In this document: in pieces, positions 1 through 15,155 of the stretch
Layout: the number at the start of each line of letters is the position of its first letter
How positions within the stretch are numbered: the first letter of the stretch is position 1
From: the human T2T-CHM13v2.0 reference genome, Homo sapiens
DNA: 64,000 nucleotides
Strand: one strand, 5' to 3'
Assembly: GCF_009914755.1 (NCBI RefSeq)
Contig: NC_060928.1
Position numbers and translations under genes: made by a program
Notes under the pieces: generated by a model
Databases searched by the model: none
Told to the model about the DNA's origin: nothing
The model's input: the letters and a program-made list of their open reading frames with translations, nothing else

Positions 1-53
1 TATGGGAGCTACAAGATGAGATGTGGGTGAGGACACAGAACCAAACCATATCA
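1..53 (-). mobile_element. THE1A-type MaLR LTR (3' LTR, cut by window edge)
   Basis: Ends ...GGACACAGAACCAAACCATATCA, the reverse complement of the THE1 LTR start; near-identical to the end of the LTR at 1622-1986. Confidence 0.9.
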
Positions 54-1621
54 TTCTGCCCTGGCCCCTCCAGAATCTCATGTCTTCCCATTTCAAAACC
101 AATCATGCATTCCTAACAGTCCCCCAGAGTCTCATTTCAGCATTAACCCAAAAGTCCAAGTCCAAAGTCTCATCTGAGACAAAGCAAGTTCCTTCCGCCT
201 ATGAGCTGGTAAAATCAAAAGCAAGTTAGTTACTTCCTACATACAATGGGGGTACAGGTATTGGGTAAATACAGCCATTCCAAATGGGAGAAATTGGCCA
301 AAACAAAGGAGCTACAGGCCCCACGCAAGTCCAAAATCCAGCAGGGCAATCAAATCTTGAAGCTCCAAAATGATCTCCTTTGACTCCATGTCTCACATCC
401 AAGTCATACTAAAGTAAGAGGTGGGTTTGCATGGTTTTGGGCAGCTCCACCCCTGTGGCTTTGCAGGGCATAGCCCCCCTTCTGACTGCTTTCATGGGCT
501 GGTGTTGAGTGTCTGTGGCTTTTCCAGATGCACAGTGCAAGCTGAATATGGGTCTATCTTCTGGGGTCTGGAGGACTGTGGCCCTCTTCTCACAGCTCCA
601 CTAGGTGGTGCCCAGTAGGGACTCTGTGTGGGGGCTCTGACCCCAGATTTCCCTTCTGCACTGCCCTAACAGAGGTCCTCCATAAGGGCCCTGCTTCTGC
701 AGCAAACTTTTTTCTGGGCATCCAGGCATTTCCATACATCTTCTGAAATCTAGCCAGAGGTGCCCAAACCTCAATCCTTGACTTCTGTGCACCCACAGGC
801 TCAATACCAGGTGGAAGCTGCCAAGGCTTGGGGCTTACACCCTCTGAAGCAACAACCCAACCTGTACCTTGGCCCCTTTTATTCACAGCTGGAGCAATGG
901 AATGCAGGCCATCAAGTCTCTAGGTTGCAGACAGCAGAGGGACCCTGGGCCTGGCCCACAAAGCTATTTTTTCCTCCAATACCTCCAGGCCTGTGATGGG
1001 AGGGGCTGCTGTGAAGGCCTCTGACACACCCTGGAGACATTTTCCCCATTGCCTTGGTGATTAACATTTGGTTCCTCTTTACTTATGCAAATTTCTGTAG
1101 CTGGCTTGAATTTCTCCTCAGAAAATGGGATTTTCTTTTCTATGAAATGGTCAGACTGCAAATTTTCTGAACTTTTATGCTCTGTTTCCCTTTTAAAACT
1201 GAATGCCTTTAGTAGCACCAAAGTCACCTCTTGAATTCTTTGTTGCTTAGAAATTTCTTCTGGCAGATACCCTAAATCATCTCTCTCTAGTTCAAAGTTC
1301 CACAAATCTCTAGGGCAGGGGCAAAATACCACCAGTCCCTTTGCTAAAACATAACAAGAGTCACCTTTGCTCCAGTTCCCAACAAGTTCCTCATCTCCAT
1401 CTGAAACCACCTCAGCCTAGATTTCATTGTCCATATCATTATCAGCATTTTGGTCAAAGCCATTCAACAAGTTTCTAGGGAGTTCCAAACCTTCCCACAT
1501 TTTTCTTTCTTCTTCTGAGACCTCCAAACTGTTCCAACCTCTGCTTATTACCCAGTTCCAAAGTCACTTCCACATTTTCATGTATCTTTTCAGTAGCACT
1601 GCACTTCTGGTACCAATTTAC
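54..1621 (-). mobile_element. THE1-int (MaLR internal region), essentially complete
   Basis: Minus strand begins GTAAATTGGTACCAGAAGTGCAGTGCTACTGAAAAGATAC..., as THE1-int does. The ORF 964-1410 (GDEELVGNWSKGDSCYVLAK...CPCPRDLWNFELERDDLGYL) is the typical decayed MaLR internal ORF. Confidence 0.92.
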
Positions 1622-1986
1622 TGTATCAGTCTGTTTTCATGCTGCTGATAAAGTCATACCTGAGACTGGGCATTTAACACAAGAAAGAAGTTTAATTGGA
1701 CTTACAGTTCCATGTGGGTGGGGAAGCCTCACATTCTTGGTGGAAGGCAAGGAGAAGTAAGTCACATCTTACATGGATGGTGGCAGGCAAAGAGAGCTTG
1801 TGCAGGGCAACTCCTGTTTTTAAAACCATCAGATATCATGAGACCCCTTCACTATCATGAGAACAGCATGGGAAATACCCACCCCTATAATTCAATCATC
1901 TCCCACCAGGTCCTTCCCACAACACACAGGAATTATGGGGACTATAAAATTAGATGTGGGTGGGGACACAGAGCCAAACCATATCA
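1622..1986 (-). mobile_element. THE1A-type MaLR LTR (5' LTR)
   Basis: TGTATCAGTCTGTTTTCATGCTGCTGATAAAG...GAGCCAAACCATATCA, 365 bp with TG...CA ends. Confidence 0.92.
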
Positions 1987-4900
1987 GGTAGTATATAAGG
2001 ATAGACAGTTCAATTCAACAAGAATATTTATCTATATTAAATATATATGCACCCATCACTGAAACACCTACATTTATAACAAAAAGTATGACTAGACTTA
2101 AGAAAAGAGATAGACAGCCATATAATAGCCCCTAGTAATAGTTGGGGACTTCAACTCTCCAATGATAGCACTATACAGATCATTGATGCAGAAATAATGA
2201 AACAAAAGCCAAATGACCATATACAACATATACCGTGATCATACTCTTAAGATAAAAAAGAAACTCTGGACTTAAACTGAACTCTTGAACAAATTGACCT
2301 AATAGATATCTACAGAACATTCTAACCAACTGAAGAATATACATTTTTCTCATCTGTGCAAAAAGCACTCTCTAAAATTGACCATATCCTTGGTCATAAA
2401 GAAAGTTTCAATAAACTCAAAAAAATCAAAATCATATCAAGTATCTTTTTGAACCAAAGTGTAATAAAATTAGAAATCAAAACAAACAGGAATTCTCAAA
2501 ACCACACAAGTACATGGAAACTAAACAACTTGCCCCTGAGAAACTTTGGGGTAAACAAAGAAATTTAGGCAGAAATAAAAAAAAATTGAAATCAATGAAA
2601 ATAGAGACATAACATACCAAAATCTCCAAAGCAGTGTAAAGAGAAAAATTTGTAGTGCTAAATTAGTACATCAAAAAATAAAAAGATCTCAAATTAACCA
2701 GCTAATATTGCACTTCAAGGAACTACAAAAACAAGAAAAATCCAACTAAAAGCTAGCAGAAGAAAAGAATTTTAAAAGATCAGAACAGAACTAAACAAAA
2801 TTAAGAGCAAATAAATTATACAAATGATCAACAAAACAAAATGTTGGTTCTTAATTAAAAACAACAACAAAAAAGACCAGAAGATTCAACTAAACACAAT
2901 CAGAAATGATAAGGTGATACAACCGATACCACAAAAATACAAAAGATCATCTTAGTCTCTAGACGACTATAGAGTAGTCATAGACTACTATGAACACCTC
3001 TATGTGCATAAACTAGAAAACCTATAGGAAATGGATACATTACTGAAAACATACAACCTCCCAAGATTAAACCAGAAAAAAATTGAAATTGAATGAGTAA
3101 CAAAAAATAATCTACCAACCATAAAAAGCCCAGGACCAGATGCATTCATACCCATAGTCTACCACACAAAAAGAAAATCTGGTACCAAACTACTAAAATT
3201 ATTCAGAAAATCCAGGAAGAGTTATTCCTCCTTATCACATTCTATGATATCAGTATCATCCTCATACCAAAATCTGGCCAGGACACAGCAACCAAAAAGG
3301 AAAACTACAGGCAAAATCACCTGATGAACATAGACACAAAAATCCTTAACAAACTACTAGCAAACCAAATTCTGCAGCACATCAAAAAGAATTCATCACA
3401 ATCAAGTTAGTTTTATTCCAGGGATGTAAGGATGGTTCAATATATATGAATCTATAAATGTGAAACAGAATTACAAACAAAAACTATATTATCATCTCAA
3501 CAGTTGCAGAAAAAGCATTCAATAAAATTCAAGATCCCTTCATGATAAAAACTCTCAACAAATGAGGCATCAAACATACCTCAAAATATAAAGATACATA
3601 TAATTCTAATTCTGTGAAAAGTCATTTGGTAATTTGATAAGAGTTACATTGAATCTGTAGATTACTGTGGGCAGTATAGTTCCTAAGCCCACAGCCAGCA
3701 CTATGTTTAATGGGGAAAATTAAGAGCATTTTCCCCTAAGAACTCGAACAAGATGAGAATGTTTACTCTCACCACTCTTATTCAACATAGTACTGGAAGT
3801 CCTGGCCACAGCAATCAGGCCAAAGAAGGAAAGGTGTCCAAATTGGACAAGAGGTAGTCAAAGTACCTCTGTTCACTGATGACATGATCTTATACCTAGA
3901 AAACGCTAAAGATTTCTCCAAAAAAATTCCTAGACCTGATAAATGACCTCAGTAAAGTTTCAGGATACAAAATTAATGCTCAAAAATCAGTTGCATTTCA
4001 ATACACCAACATTCAAGCTGAGAACCAAATCAGAAGCTCAATCCAATTTACAATAGCCACACACAAAAATAAAATACCTACAAATACATTCAACTAAGGA
4101 TGTGAAAGATCTCTACAAGAAAAACTAAAAAACACTGATGAAATAAATTGTAGATGACACAAACAAATGAAAAAATATTCCATGCTCATGGATAGGAAGA
4201 ATCAATATCATTAAAATGACTACACTGCCCATAGTAATCTACAGACTGAATGCTGTTTCTATCAAATTACCAAAATCACTTTTCACAGAATTAGAATAAA
4301 TAATTCAAAAATTCATGTGGAGCCAAAAAAGACCCTGAATAACCCAAACAAAGCTAGAGTCATCACATTATCTGACTTCAAACTATACTACAAGGCTACT
4401 GTAACCAAAACAGCATAGTACTGATATAAAAATAAACACATAGATCACTGGAACAGAATAGGAACCCAGAAGCAAAGCCATTTACCTACAACCAACTGAT
4501 CTTCAACAAAATTGACACAAATAAACAATGTGAAAAGAACACCCTATTCAAAAAATAGTGCTGAGAAAACTCGCTACTCACATGCAGAAGAACGAAACTG
4601 GACATCTGTCCCACTCTATATATAAATATTAACTCAAGATAGATTAAAGACTTAATTGTAAGACCTGAAATTATAAAAATCCTAAAAGAAGACCTAGGAA
4701 AAACTCTTCTGAACAGTGGCCTAGGGTAATAATTTATTACCAAGACCTCATAAGCAAATGCAACAAAAACAAAAGTAGACAAAATGGACTTAAGAAAACA
4801 AAATCAACATTCTACACAGACAACTTACAGAATGAGAAAAAAATTTTTGCACACTATGCATCTGAGAAAGGACTGATATCCAAAATCTCCAAGGAACTCA

Positions 4901-5808
4901 ACAAACCAACAAAAAAAAATAACCCTATTAAAATGTGGGCAAAGAACATGGACAGACCCTTCTCAAAAGAAGACATACAAGTGGCCAACAAACATATGAA
5001 AACAATGCTCAACATTACTAATCATCAGTGAAATGCAAATTAAAATCATAATGGGAGACCAACTTATGCCAGTCAGAATGGCTATTATTAAAAAGTGAAA
5101 AGAAAAAAAAAGCAGATGTTGGGGAAGATGCAGAGAAAAGGAAATGTTTATACACTGTTGGTGGGAATGTAAATTAGTTCAATCCCTATGGAAAACAGTA
5201 AAGAGTTCTTACAGAACTAAAATTAGAACTGCCATTTGGTCCAGCAACCCTGCTACTAGGTATCCACCCAAAGGAAATGACATCATGTCATCAAGACACC
5301 TGCACTCACATGTTTATCACAATACTATTGTGATACTATTCCATTACTCACAATGGCAAAGTCATGGAATCAACCTAAGTGTCCACCAATGATTGAATAG
5401 CTTAAGAATATATGGTATATACACCATGGAATACTACGCAGCCATAAAAATAATGAAATAATGTCCTTCACAACAATGTGGATGGAGCTGGAGGCCACTA
5501 TCCTAAGGGAAATAATTCAGAAACAGAAAATCAAATAACTCATATTCTCATTTACAAGTGGGAGCTAAACAATAGGTACACATGGACATAAATATGGAAA
5601 TAATAGACACTTGGGACTCAAATGGGAGGAATCTGGGGAGGGAGTGAGCATTGAAAAACTACCTATTGACCACAATGTTCACTATGTGGGTGATGGGTTC
5701 ACTAGAAGTATAAACCTTAGCATTATGCAGTATACCCAAATAACAAACCAGCACATGCACCCAGAATCTAAAATTAAATGAAGTGTCCACAAAAAAGAAA
5801 AGAAAAAA
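1987..5808 (+). mobile_element. L1PB-like LINE-1, decayed ORF2 plus 3' UTR and A tail
   Basis: ORF2 endonuclease/RT remnants (e.g. SKIDHILGHK in ORF 2356-2568) with many stops and frameshifts; L1PB3/4-like 3' UTR (GGGAGCTAAACAATAGGTACACATGGACAT...); A-rich tail to about 5808. Confidence 0.9.
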
Positions 5809-6089
5809 GTTATAATTATCTGATAAATTCTTTAATATAAATAATAAGCCTGTCAGTTTAAATCTGCAAGTAGATTTTTCTTGTCCATATTATTTACTTG
5901 TGATATGTACCCTAGTATTGTTCAACTACTTACTGTAGAATTAAAACTTTCTATTGTTGCAGACTAGACCTGTTCTTATTATTTCTTTCATTTTTTGGAA
6001 GAACTTGGTAATATTTGAGATTTAAAGTCAAGTTATTTATCACCCCAAAATATAAGACTATGTAAATTATGATAAATATCTGGAAAGAA

Positions 6090-6700
6090 TACATTAAACT
6101 CACTCTTCTTCATTTCTCAGCCTTTTCTTAAACAAAAGCAATCTAGCTTTCAACTCACCTTGCCTGCTACAATGGCTCTGTTGAATCACAATAGCCTTTC
6201 TAGTAACTAAAGGCTAAATACTAAATTTGTATTATTTTTATATATTTCTAATTCTCTGCAGCTTCTGCTGCATTAATCAGTTGAAGCAAGTTTTCTGACA
6301 CTGAATTAACTTTTTCATTTGCCTTTTGTGGTGTTTTGCTGTAGTCACAAAACTTCTTCTTCTATAAACACTTTAATATAAGCCCATGTCTTTTCTCACA
6401 TTTTCTGCTGAAGTGATTTCATCTACTTTCATAACTTAAACTTTATCTTTCTTTCCTCCAAATCTCTCACTCTACCAACTTCTCTGAATTCCAGATCCTC
6501 ATTGCTATTTCCTTTCTATTCAGTTTAGCAGTCACATTCAACATTTTTCATTTTATATTTATCATCTCACTTTATCTTTTTCTTCCCTTTTTTTCCCTCC
6601 CATAATGCACCTTGCTTAGAGGTACTTTCAGCCTCTTTGTCACTTAGGAACTAAGCATAAATGATTTTTGGCTTTCCCAACCCTCTTTCACATACAAGTT
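6090..6700 (+). mobile_element. L2 LINE remnant
   Basis: Degenerate L2 motifs (GCAATCTAGCTTTC...CAATAGCCTTTCTAGTAACTAAA; ATTCTCTGCAGC); a further L2-like piece lies at about 7210-7350. Confidence 0.55.
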
Positions 6701-6739
6701 CAAATGGTAGCTACAACAGATACCAATGATTTCTTCTTT

Positions 6740-7205
6740 CGTTATTCTGGCAAGAGGATTGACTGTTTCTGAGGAAAGTTCCTGTTTGCCTGTCATCTTT
6801 TACTCTTCAGCTTTAATAGATAGGTCAGGCAAGCACTGACTCTCTGTCCAGAGTGATACATTGACGGTGACCAACCTCACATACCAAGACAATGGGATTC
6901 CTTCCCACAAGTTTTCAAAATGAAAGTACAGGAAGAAGGTTTTTTTCCTTTTTGATTGTGAAGCTGTGAAAATGTGAGACCAGAACATTCAGCAAACATG
7001 TTCCACTGCCCTATTGTCCCGCATCTTACTGTCTACTGTAGGAAGACATAGAGTTCTTACATGAAGGGAGGAAGAGAAGGGAGGTGGCAAGAATTGAACA
7101 CACTAGTGTCCCCAGGTCTAGTCGTCTTTGAGGTCAGATGTGCTTTCACATCCAAGGTTCAGTTATCTGACCTAGCATTTCCCTGTTTTTACTTAGCTGG
7201 AATGT
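6740..7205. mobile_element. ancient LTR-like relic (LTR16/MLT1-type, uncertain) interrupting L2
   Basis: Composition and motifs (GAAGCTGTGAAAATGTGAGACCAGAAC; TTTCCCTGTTTTTACTTAGCT) resemble old ERVL/MaLR LTRs. Confidence 0.3.
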
Positions 7206-8189
7206 CACTACTAGATGGGCTTTCCTATACATAATTTGATTATGTTACTCTCTGCTTGAAAGCTTCCCGTGTTCCTCCATTACCTACGGAGACATCTTAG
7301 TGTGACAACTTAGCAAGACACTCTGAGCCCTACACAATCTGGGCCTAAAATTTCCCCTCTCGTTTCCTATAATAATTGTGTTAATTAGCCCCATCAGTAG
7401 TCATCCAAGAGCTTAAGAAATCGAAGCTTATTCTGTGTTTTCTTGTAAATGACTGTGGAAAGCAGAAGCAGCTGACATCTGGGGCTCTAGCTTAAATTTG
7501 GTCTCACTAGTGATATCCTGGAAACTTTGTCCATCCACCTAGAATCATGGAATTCCTTGGACTTGCTGGGTATATCCAAGCCTGGTTGTGTAATGAAGTC
7601 TACATTACTATGCACAACTGTCCCAAAATTGACAGGGAAAAAAATTGATTGCTTCTTTCACAGCTCAGCCTTTTGAGGGTGTCTTCAATAACCTTACAAT
7701 AACCAGGTGTCCTCTACCCCAGGGGAGAAAATTGACCTATTCAAAATTTTTTATTTGAATCAAAATTAAAGCTTTTCATTGTAAATTTTATTGCTCTTAT
7801 ACCACAAATACTCTGCAGTGAAATAACCATCTTGACCCAGTGGATTGAAGCAACTCTTTGATTTCAATACTTTTTGCCTTTTGGAAAACTTTTACATAGT
7901 CTTAGGAAGAGTTGCCAAGTACACTGACAACAATTTTACCACCTCTTGTCTGAAGAAAATGTCTTGTCTATTAGAAAGAGCTATGTCAATTTTAACAACT
8001 TGTGAAGAGACAGGTTAATTTTTAAAACCAAATCATTTTTTTTTTAAAAAGGTGTTCCCTCCTTTCTGGTTGCCTGACCAAAAGAAATAATTATTCAGAG
8101 TTAATGATTTAGGCAGAGGATCTCTGAGTCCTCTAGGTTTTTCTTCCATATGGTAGCAATTGTATTTTAATAATTAAACTGATGGGGTG

Positions 8190-8350
8190 TTCATAGTTCA
8201 AGACTAGGAATCAGAAATAACTGGGTCTACCTTGGCTTGAAATTGTCTATAAGACCTCGGGCAAGTCACTTTGCCAGTGTGCCTCAGCTTAATTATCACC
8301 AAAAGTGTGATTTGAGAATCATCACAGTGAGTTCTGAAGTGTCATATAGT
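8190..8350 (+). mobile_element. MIR SINE remnant
   Basis: MIR core GACCTCGGGCAAGTCACTTTGCC...TGCCTCAGCTT. Confidence 0.65.
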
Positions 8351-9089
8351 TTGATGCTGTTTGTCTTTCTGCTGCCTTTGCATCTCATGTTCCAGAAATT
8401 TAGCCCCAGGCTCACAAAAGCACAAGTACTGCCAGAAGTAAACGTTTAGCAAAAGGTTTAGTAGTTTCAGAAGTGAGCTCTGGCAGCTTTTTATTAGAAA
8501 TGCTTAAACCCTGTCTGTCAGCAAGACTGTGATATTTGAAATGACTTGTTGGGTAACTTAGATTCACCCCTAGACATCTGACCAAAAACTGAATCTCTAA
8601 TACTTTAACAAAATCAATAGGTGAAAAGATCTCTATTATTAGTATTACTATTTATGTAGTTTAACTCAACAGTCTTAATGTTGCAGTGATTAACAAGGAC
8701 ATTTTCTCTAATCTATTAAGAATTTTCTGGAAGGATTTGACTCTTACTCCTCTTAGAGAGTTTTTTTTTTTTTCTTAAAGGAAGTGATATCGCCAATCAT
8801 CTCTCCTTCTGCATGCTGGTCATACATAGCACTGAACATTCAAAAAGTTCCTCAGTTCCCTTTTTTATACAACACGAGTTGTTTACAGGTCAGAAGAATA
8901 TAATTAACACTAGTACTGAGTAGAGGTCTGGCTTTCTCTCACTTACATTTCTTTCTTATTGAACTAGTCACCTTTTTTGGATTCTGCAGTGACACTCTTC
9001 ATGACTTTCTGCTTCTAAGAGTCCTTTGATGGCTCCTCTACGGCCTGATATTGGAATTTTTGCTTTTTGTTCAGACCCACCTCTGTCAG

Positions 9090-10024
9090 GTCCTTATTTC
9101 TTGTATATCAAATTAGACAATTCATAAACTTCTCAATCTTAACATAGCCAAAACAGAACTCTCCTGTTCCATTCTCTACCTCCAACACAGTTGCTCTTCC
9201 TGACTTCTCTGCCTCAGTAAATGGTCTCACTGTCCATTCTGTAGCTCAAGCCAATCTCCCATTCCTATATCTCTCTCAGCAGCAACTATTGGCTGTTACC
9301 TCCAAGAGTATCTTGAATCCATTGGCTCTTCTGCGTCTCCCTATCACACTTTTCTGTCCAATCCTTCATTTATGCCTGATCTCCTGCTTCCTTTCTTGCT
9401 CATCCCCCATGGAGTCAGAGTGATCTCTTTGAAACAAAAATTAAATATATTACTCCTCTGATTAAAACATTCCATTTCTTTTCATTGTACCTAAAATAAA
9501 ACCTGTCTTCTTGCCATAATCTACCAGATCCCGCATAACTGGCCCCTACACAACTCTCTAACTTCATCTGGTCCCATCCTGCCCCTTGCTCATTATTCTC
9601 CAAGTACACTAGCCTGTGGCCATCACTAGAACATTACAGTCTTTCTCAATTTGAAGGCTCAGTCTGTGCTATATCTAAGATATGAAAAACTTACCCTGTC
9701 ACCAGGACAATTATCATGGCTGGTTTCTTCAGGTATCAGCTTAAAAGTCAACTTCTCAGAGATGCTCACTATAAAGTAAATTCTTTCCACTTTATATCTA
9801 ACATAGCAATTTTGTCTCATAAAATACTTTTTACAACCTTCAGTTATTGTGTTCATTTATTTGCTTGCTAGCTTATTGTTTATCTCCACCTTAGAACATA
9901 GCTCTGTGAAAGGAATGCCCATTCCTTCTTCAAACATTTCTTTTCCAACTCTATCATTGCCTGAATATAGTTGATACTCAATAAATATTGATTGATTGAT
10001 GTTTTTAATGAATAGCTGAATAAA
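9090..10024 (+). mobile_element. L2 (L2a-like) 3' region
   Basis: CTCAATCTTAACATAGCCAAAACAGAACTC ... ending CTCAATAAATATTGATTGATTGATG...TGAATAAA, the typical L2 3' tail. Confidence 0.8.
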
Positions 10025-10512
10025 CCCTAGTCCTGATTCTTGACTTTTTGTTTAGTTACTACCCGTAAACTCATTAAAAGTATATTATATGGTTTGTGTC
10101 TTCCATTTTAGCAATACTTAGTATAAAATAGCCTTTCCTTTTTCCCAAGCAATATTTGTTTTGGTTGAGCACCTTATATGTATGGTTTTACAATTGTGCA
10201 TCTTAAATTTGATGAACTTTGGTAGATTAAATAGTCACAAGCTTTTTCTATCAATCACACATTTATTTCAATAATACATTTGAACCCTTATCAGTGGAGT
10301 CTGCTTTGTTTTCTATTTTTACTCTCTTACCAGAAAATGAGATTGAGAACAAGGGATAGGCTTGTTCTTATTGGCCACCTGACTTTACAGACGTCATGAA
10401 GGGATATTAATTTGGGTATAAGTGGTTTGTAATATATATTCTTAATTCTCAATTCTGATACTAAGGTTTTCTATCACCTTTTAAATCTCTATTTCCTCCC
10501 CAACACACATAA

Positions 10513-10845
<333 letters not shown>

Positions 10846-11149
10846 TGAAATAATTTTTAATAAAACATTGAACTTTTCATACATGTTTTTATAGGCACAA
10901 GGACATAATAATTAATATCTTAATGCACAAATTTGAGCAACAGATTATGATTTATTCATCCCATGCGCTTTGAATACCTACTCTATGTGGACGTTGCATG
11001 AGGTATTGGGTTTATGTAGATAAATACTAAATAATCCTGGCCTTGAAGGATGTTGTATTCCAGGAATGCAATTCAACATAACAAATATATTATAGGGATA
11101 TACAAATTATCACAAAACAGAGGTGACAGGTAAAAGAAAGGTGAATCGA

Positions 11150-11345
11150 ATTCCTATCATATTGTAGGCATTGTTTGAACATTTTCACCTAAAATCTCTT
11201 TTAATTTTGACAACCATCCTGGGAGTAATAGAAATTGAGATCATAGAAATCTTGGACCTTGATGAAGATCACATAGCTAGATAATGGTGGGGTGAGTATT
11301 CCAAGCCAAATTTGTCTGACTTCAGATCCTTTGTTCTCTCCACTA
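11150..11345 (-). mobile_element. MIR remnant, flanked by antisense L2 relics (about 10950-11100 and 11540-11950)
   Basis: AAGATCACATAGCTAG...TTCCAAGCCAAATTTGTCTGACTTCAGA matches the antisense MIR core. Confidence 0.65.
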
Positions 11346-11959
11346 TAGCAAGTTGTCTAATTCTCCCTGGGAGACCAAGAAGGTGCAAACTGAAGAGTCA
11401 GAAAAAGACTTGAGATGACATGATATTTGGAATAAGAAGATAAACATCACATACAAGGGTCTTTTCACTAGAATTGTCTTTTGGGGAAAAGAAATCTACT
11501 CATAGTTAGAAAGCCTCCAGAACAATGGTGAATATGATATGCCCAATGAATAACAAGCATTTTGGATCAGTTGGAGGTTGGGGTGAGAATAGAGATTGGC
11601 AAGATCTGATGATATGCAGGTTGACTAGGAACAACTCACAAATGGTCTTCAGTGCCAAGCCAAAGAATGATTTTATTACAAAATAAAAAAAAAATTGATG
11701 GCTTTGAGTGGTGGGATAATTACTGAGATATACATTTCTGCAGGGATCCTTCTGGTGGCAGTGGAGAGAGGACTAGGATTCAGGGAAAGAAAGTCTAAAC
11801 TAATTTGCGGTGTTCCAAACAAGAAATGATGATAACTTAAATCAAATAGTGACAACAAAAATTAACAGAAAATAATGGGTTCCAAATATTTTAAGGATAT
11901 AAACATCACAGGCTTTGGATTTAGACACATAAAGTGAGGTGGATTTAAAAGTTACAGAG

Positions 11960-12355
11960 TGGAGACTCCAGGTGGTGTAAGATGGCAGAATAAAAGGCTC
12001 TACTAATCATCAGGAACACCAATTTAACAACTATCTACACACACACACAGACATGCACACACACAGACACACACACACACACCTTCATATATACCAAAAA
12101 TGAGGAGAGCACTTACAGGACCTAGTTTTAACTTCATATCACTGAAAGAGGCACTGAAGATATAGGAAAAATAGTCTTGAATCACTGACATCACCCCTCT
12201 CCCAACCCCCGGTAGCAGTGGCATGGTGTGGAGAGCGTTTCTGGGAGATAGGGAGAGGGAGAACTCAGCAAATTGTAGGCATTGGACTCAGTGCTACCCT
12301 TGTTACATCAGAAAACAAAACTGGACCAAACTCAGCTGATGCTCACCCACAGAAG
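11960..12355 (+). mobile_element. L1M1-type 5' UTR (5' end of the L1MA2-like element)
   Basis: AAGATGGCAGAATAAAAGGCTC...CACCAATTTAACAACTATCTACAC...GTTTTAACTTCATATCACTGAAAGAGGCACTGAAG, as in the L1M1 5' consensus; contains an interrupted (CA)n at about 12038-12081. Confidence 0.8.
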
Positions 12356-12500
12356 GGACTTGCCTTGTCTCAGATGAGACCTTACACTTCGTTTTTTGGG
12401 TTAATGTTGGAATGAGTTGAAATTTTGGGAGACTGTTGGAAAGGCATGATTATGTTTTGAAATGCAAGAACATGCAATTTGGGAGGGCCCAGGGGTGAGA
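12356..12500 (+). mobile_element. THE1-int, 3'-terminal ~150 bp only
   Basis: GGACTTGCCTTGTCTCAGATGAGAC... is homologous to the reverse complement of about 55-197 in this window and ends in a purine-rich tract next to the LTR. Confidence 0.85.
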
Positions 12501-12873
12501 TGATGTGGTTTGGCTGTGTCCCCACCAAATCTCATCCTGAATTGTCATTCCCATAATCCCCATGTGTCATGGGAGGGACCCATTGGGAGGTAATTGAATC
12601 ATGGGGGTGATTTCCCCCATGCTATTCTCGTAATAGTGAGTAAGTTCTAATGAGATCTGATGATTTTATAAGGGGCTTCCCCTTCACTCGGATCTCATTC
12701 TTCTTCCTACTATCATGTGAAGAATGACATGTTTGCTTCCCCTTCCACCACGATTGTAAGTTTTCTCAGGCTTCTCCAGCCCTGCAGAACTGTGAGTCAA
12801 TAAAACTTCTTTCCTTTATAAATTACCCAGTCTCGGGTATGTCTTTATAGCAGTGTGAGAACAGACTAATACA
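12501..12873 (+). mobile_element. THE1D-like MaLR LTR (3' LTR)
   Basis: TGATGTGGTTTGGCTGTGTCCCCACC...GAGAACAGACTAATACA. Confidence 0.92.

Positions 12874-15155
<2,282 letters not shown>

Noticed and set aside
964-1410. 148-aa ORF as a host gene
   Set aside because: Lies wholly within THE1-int; it is the decayed MaLR internal ORF.
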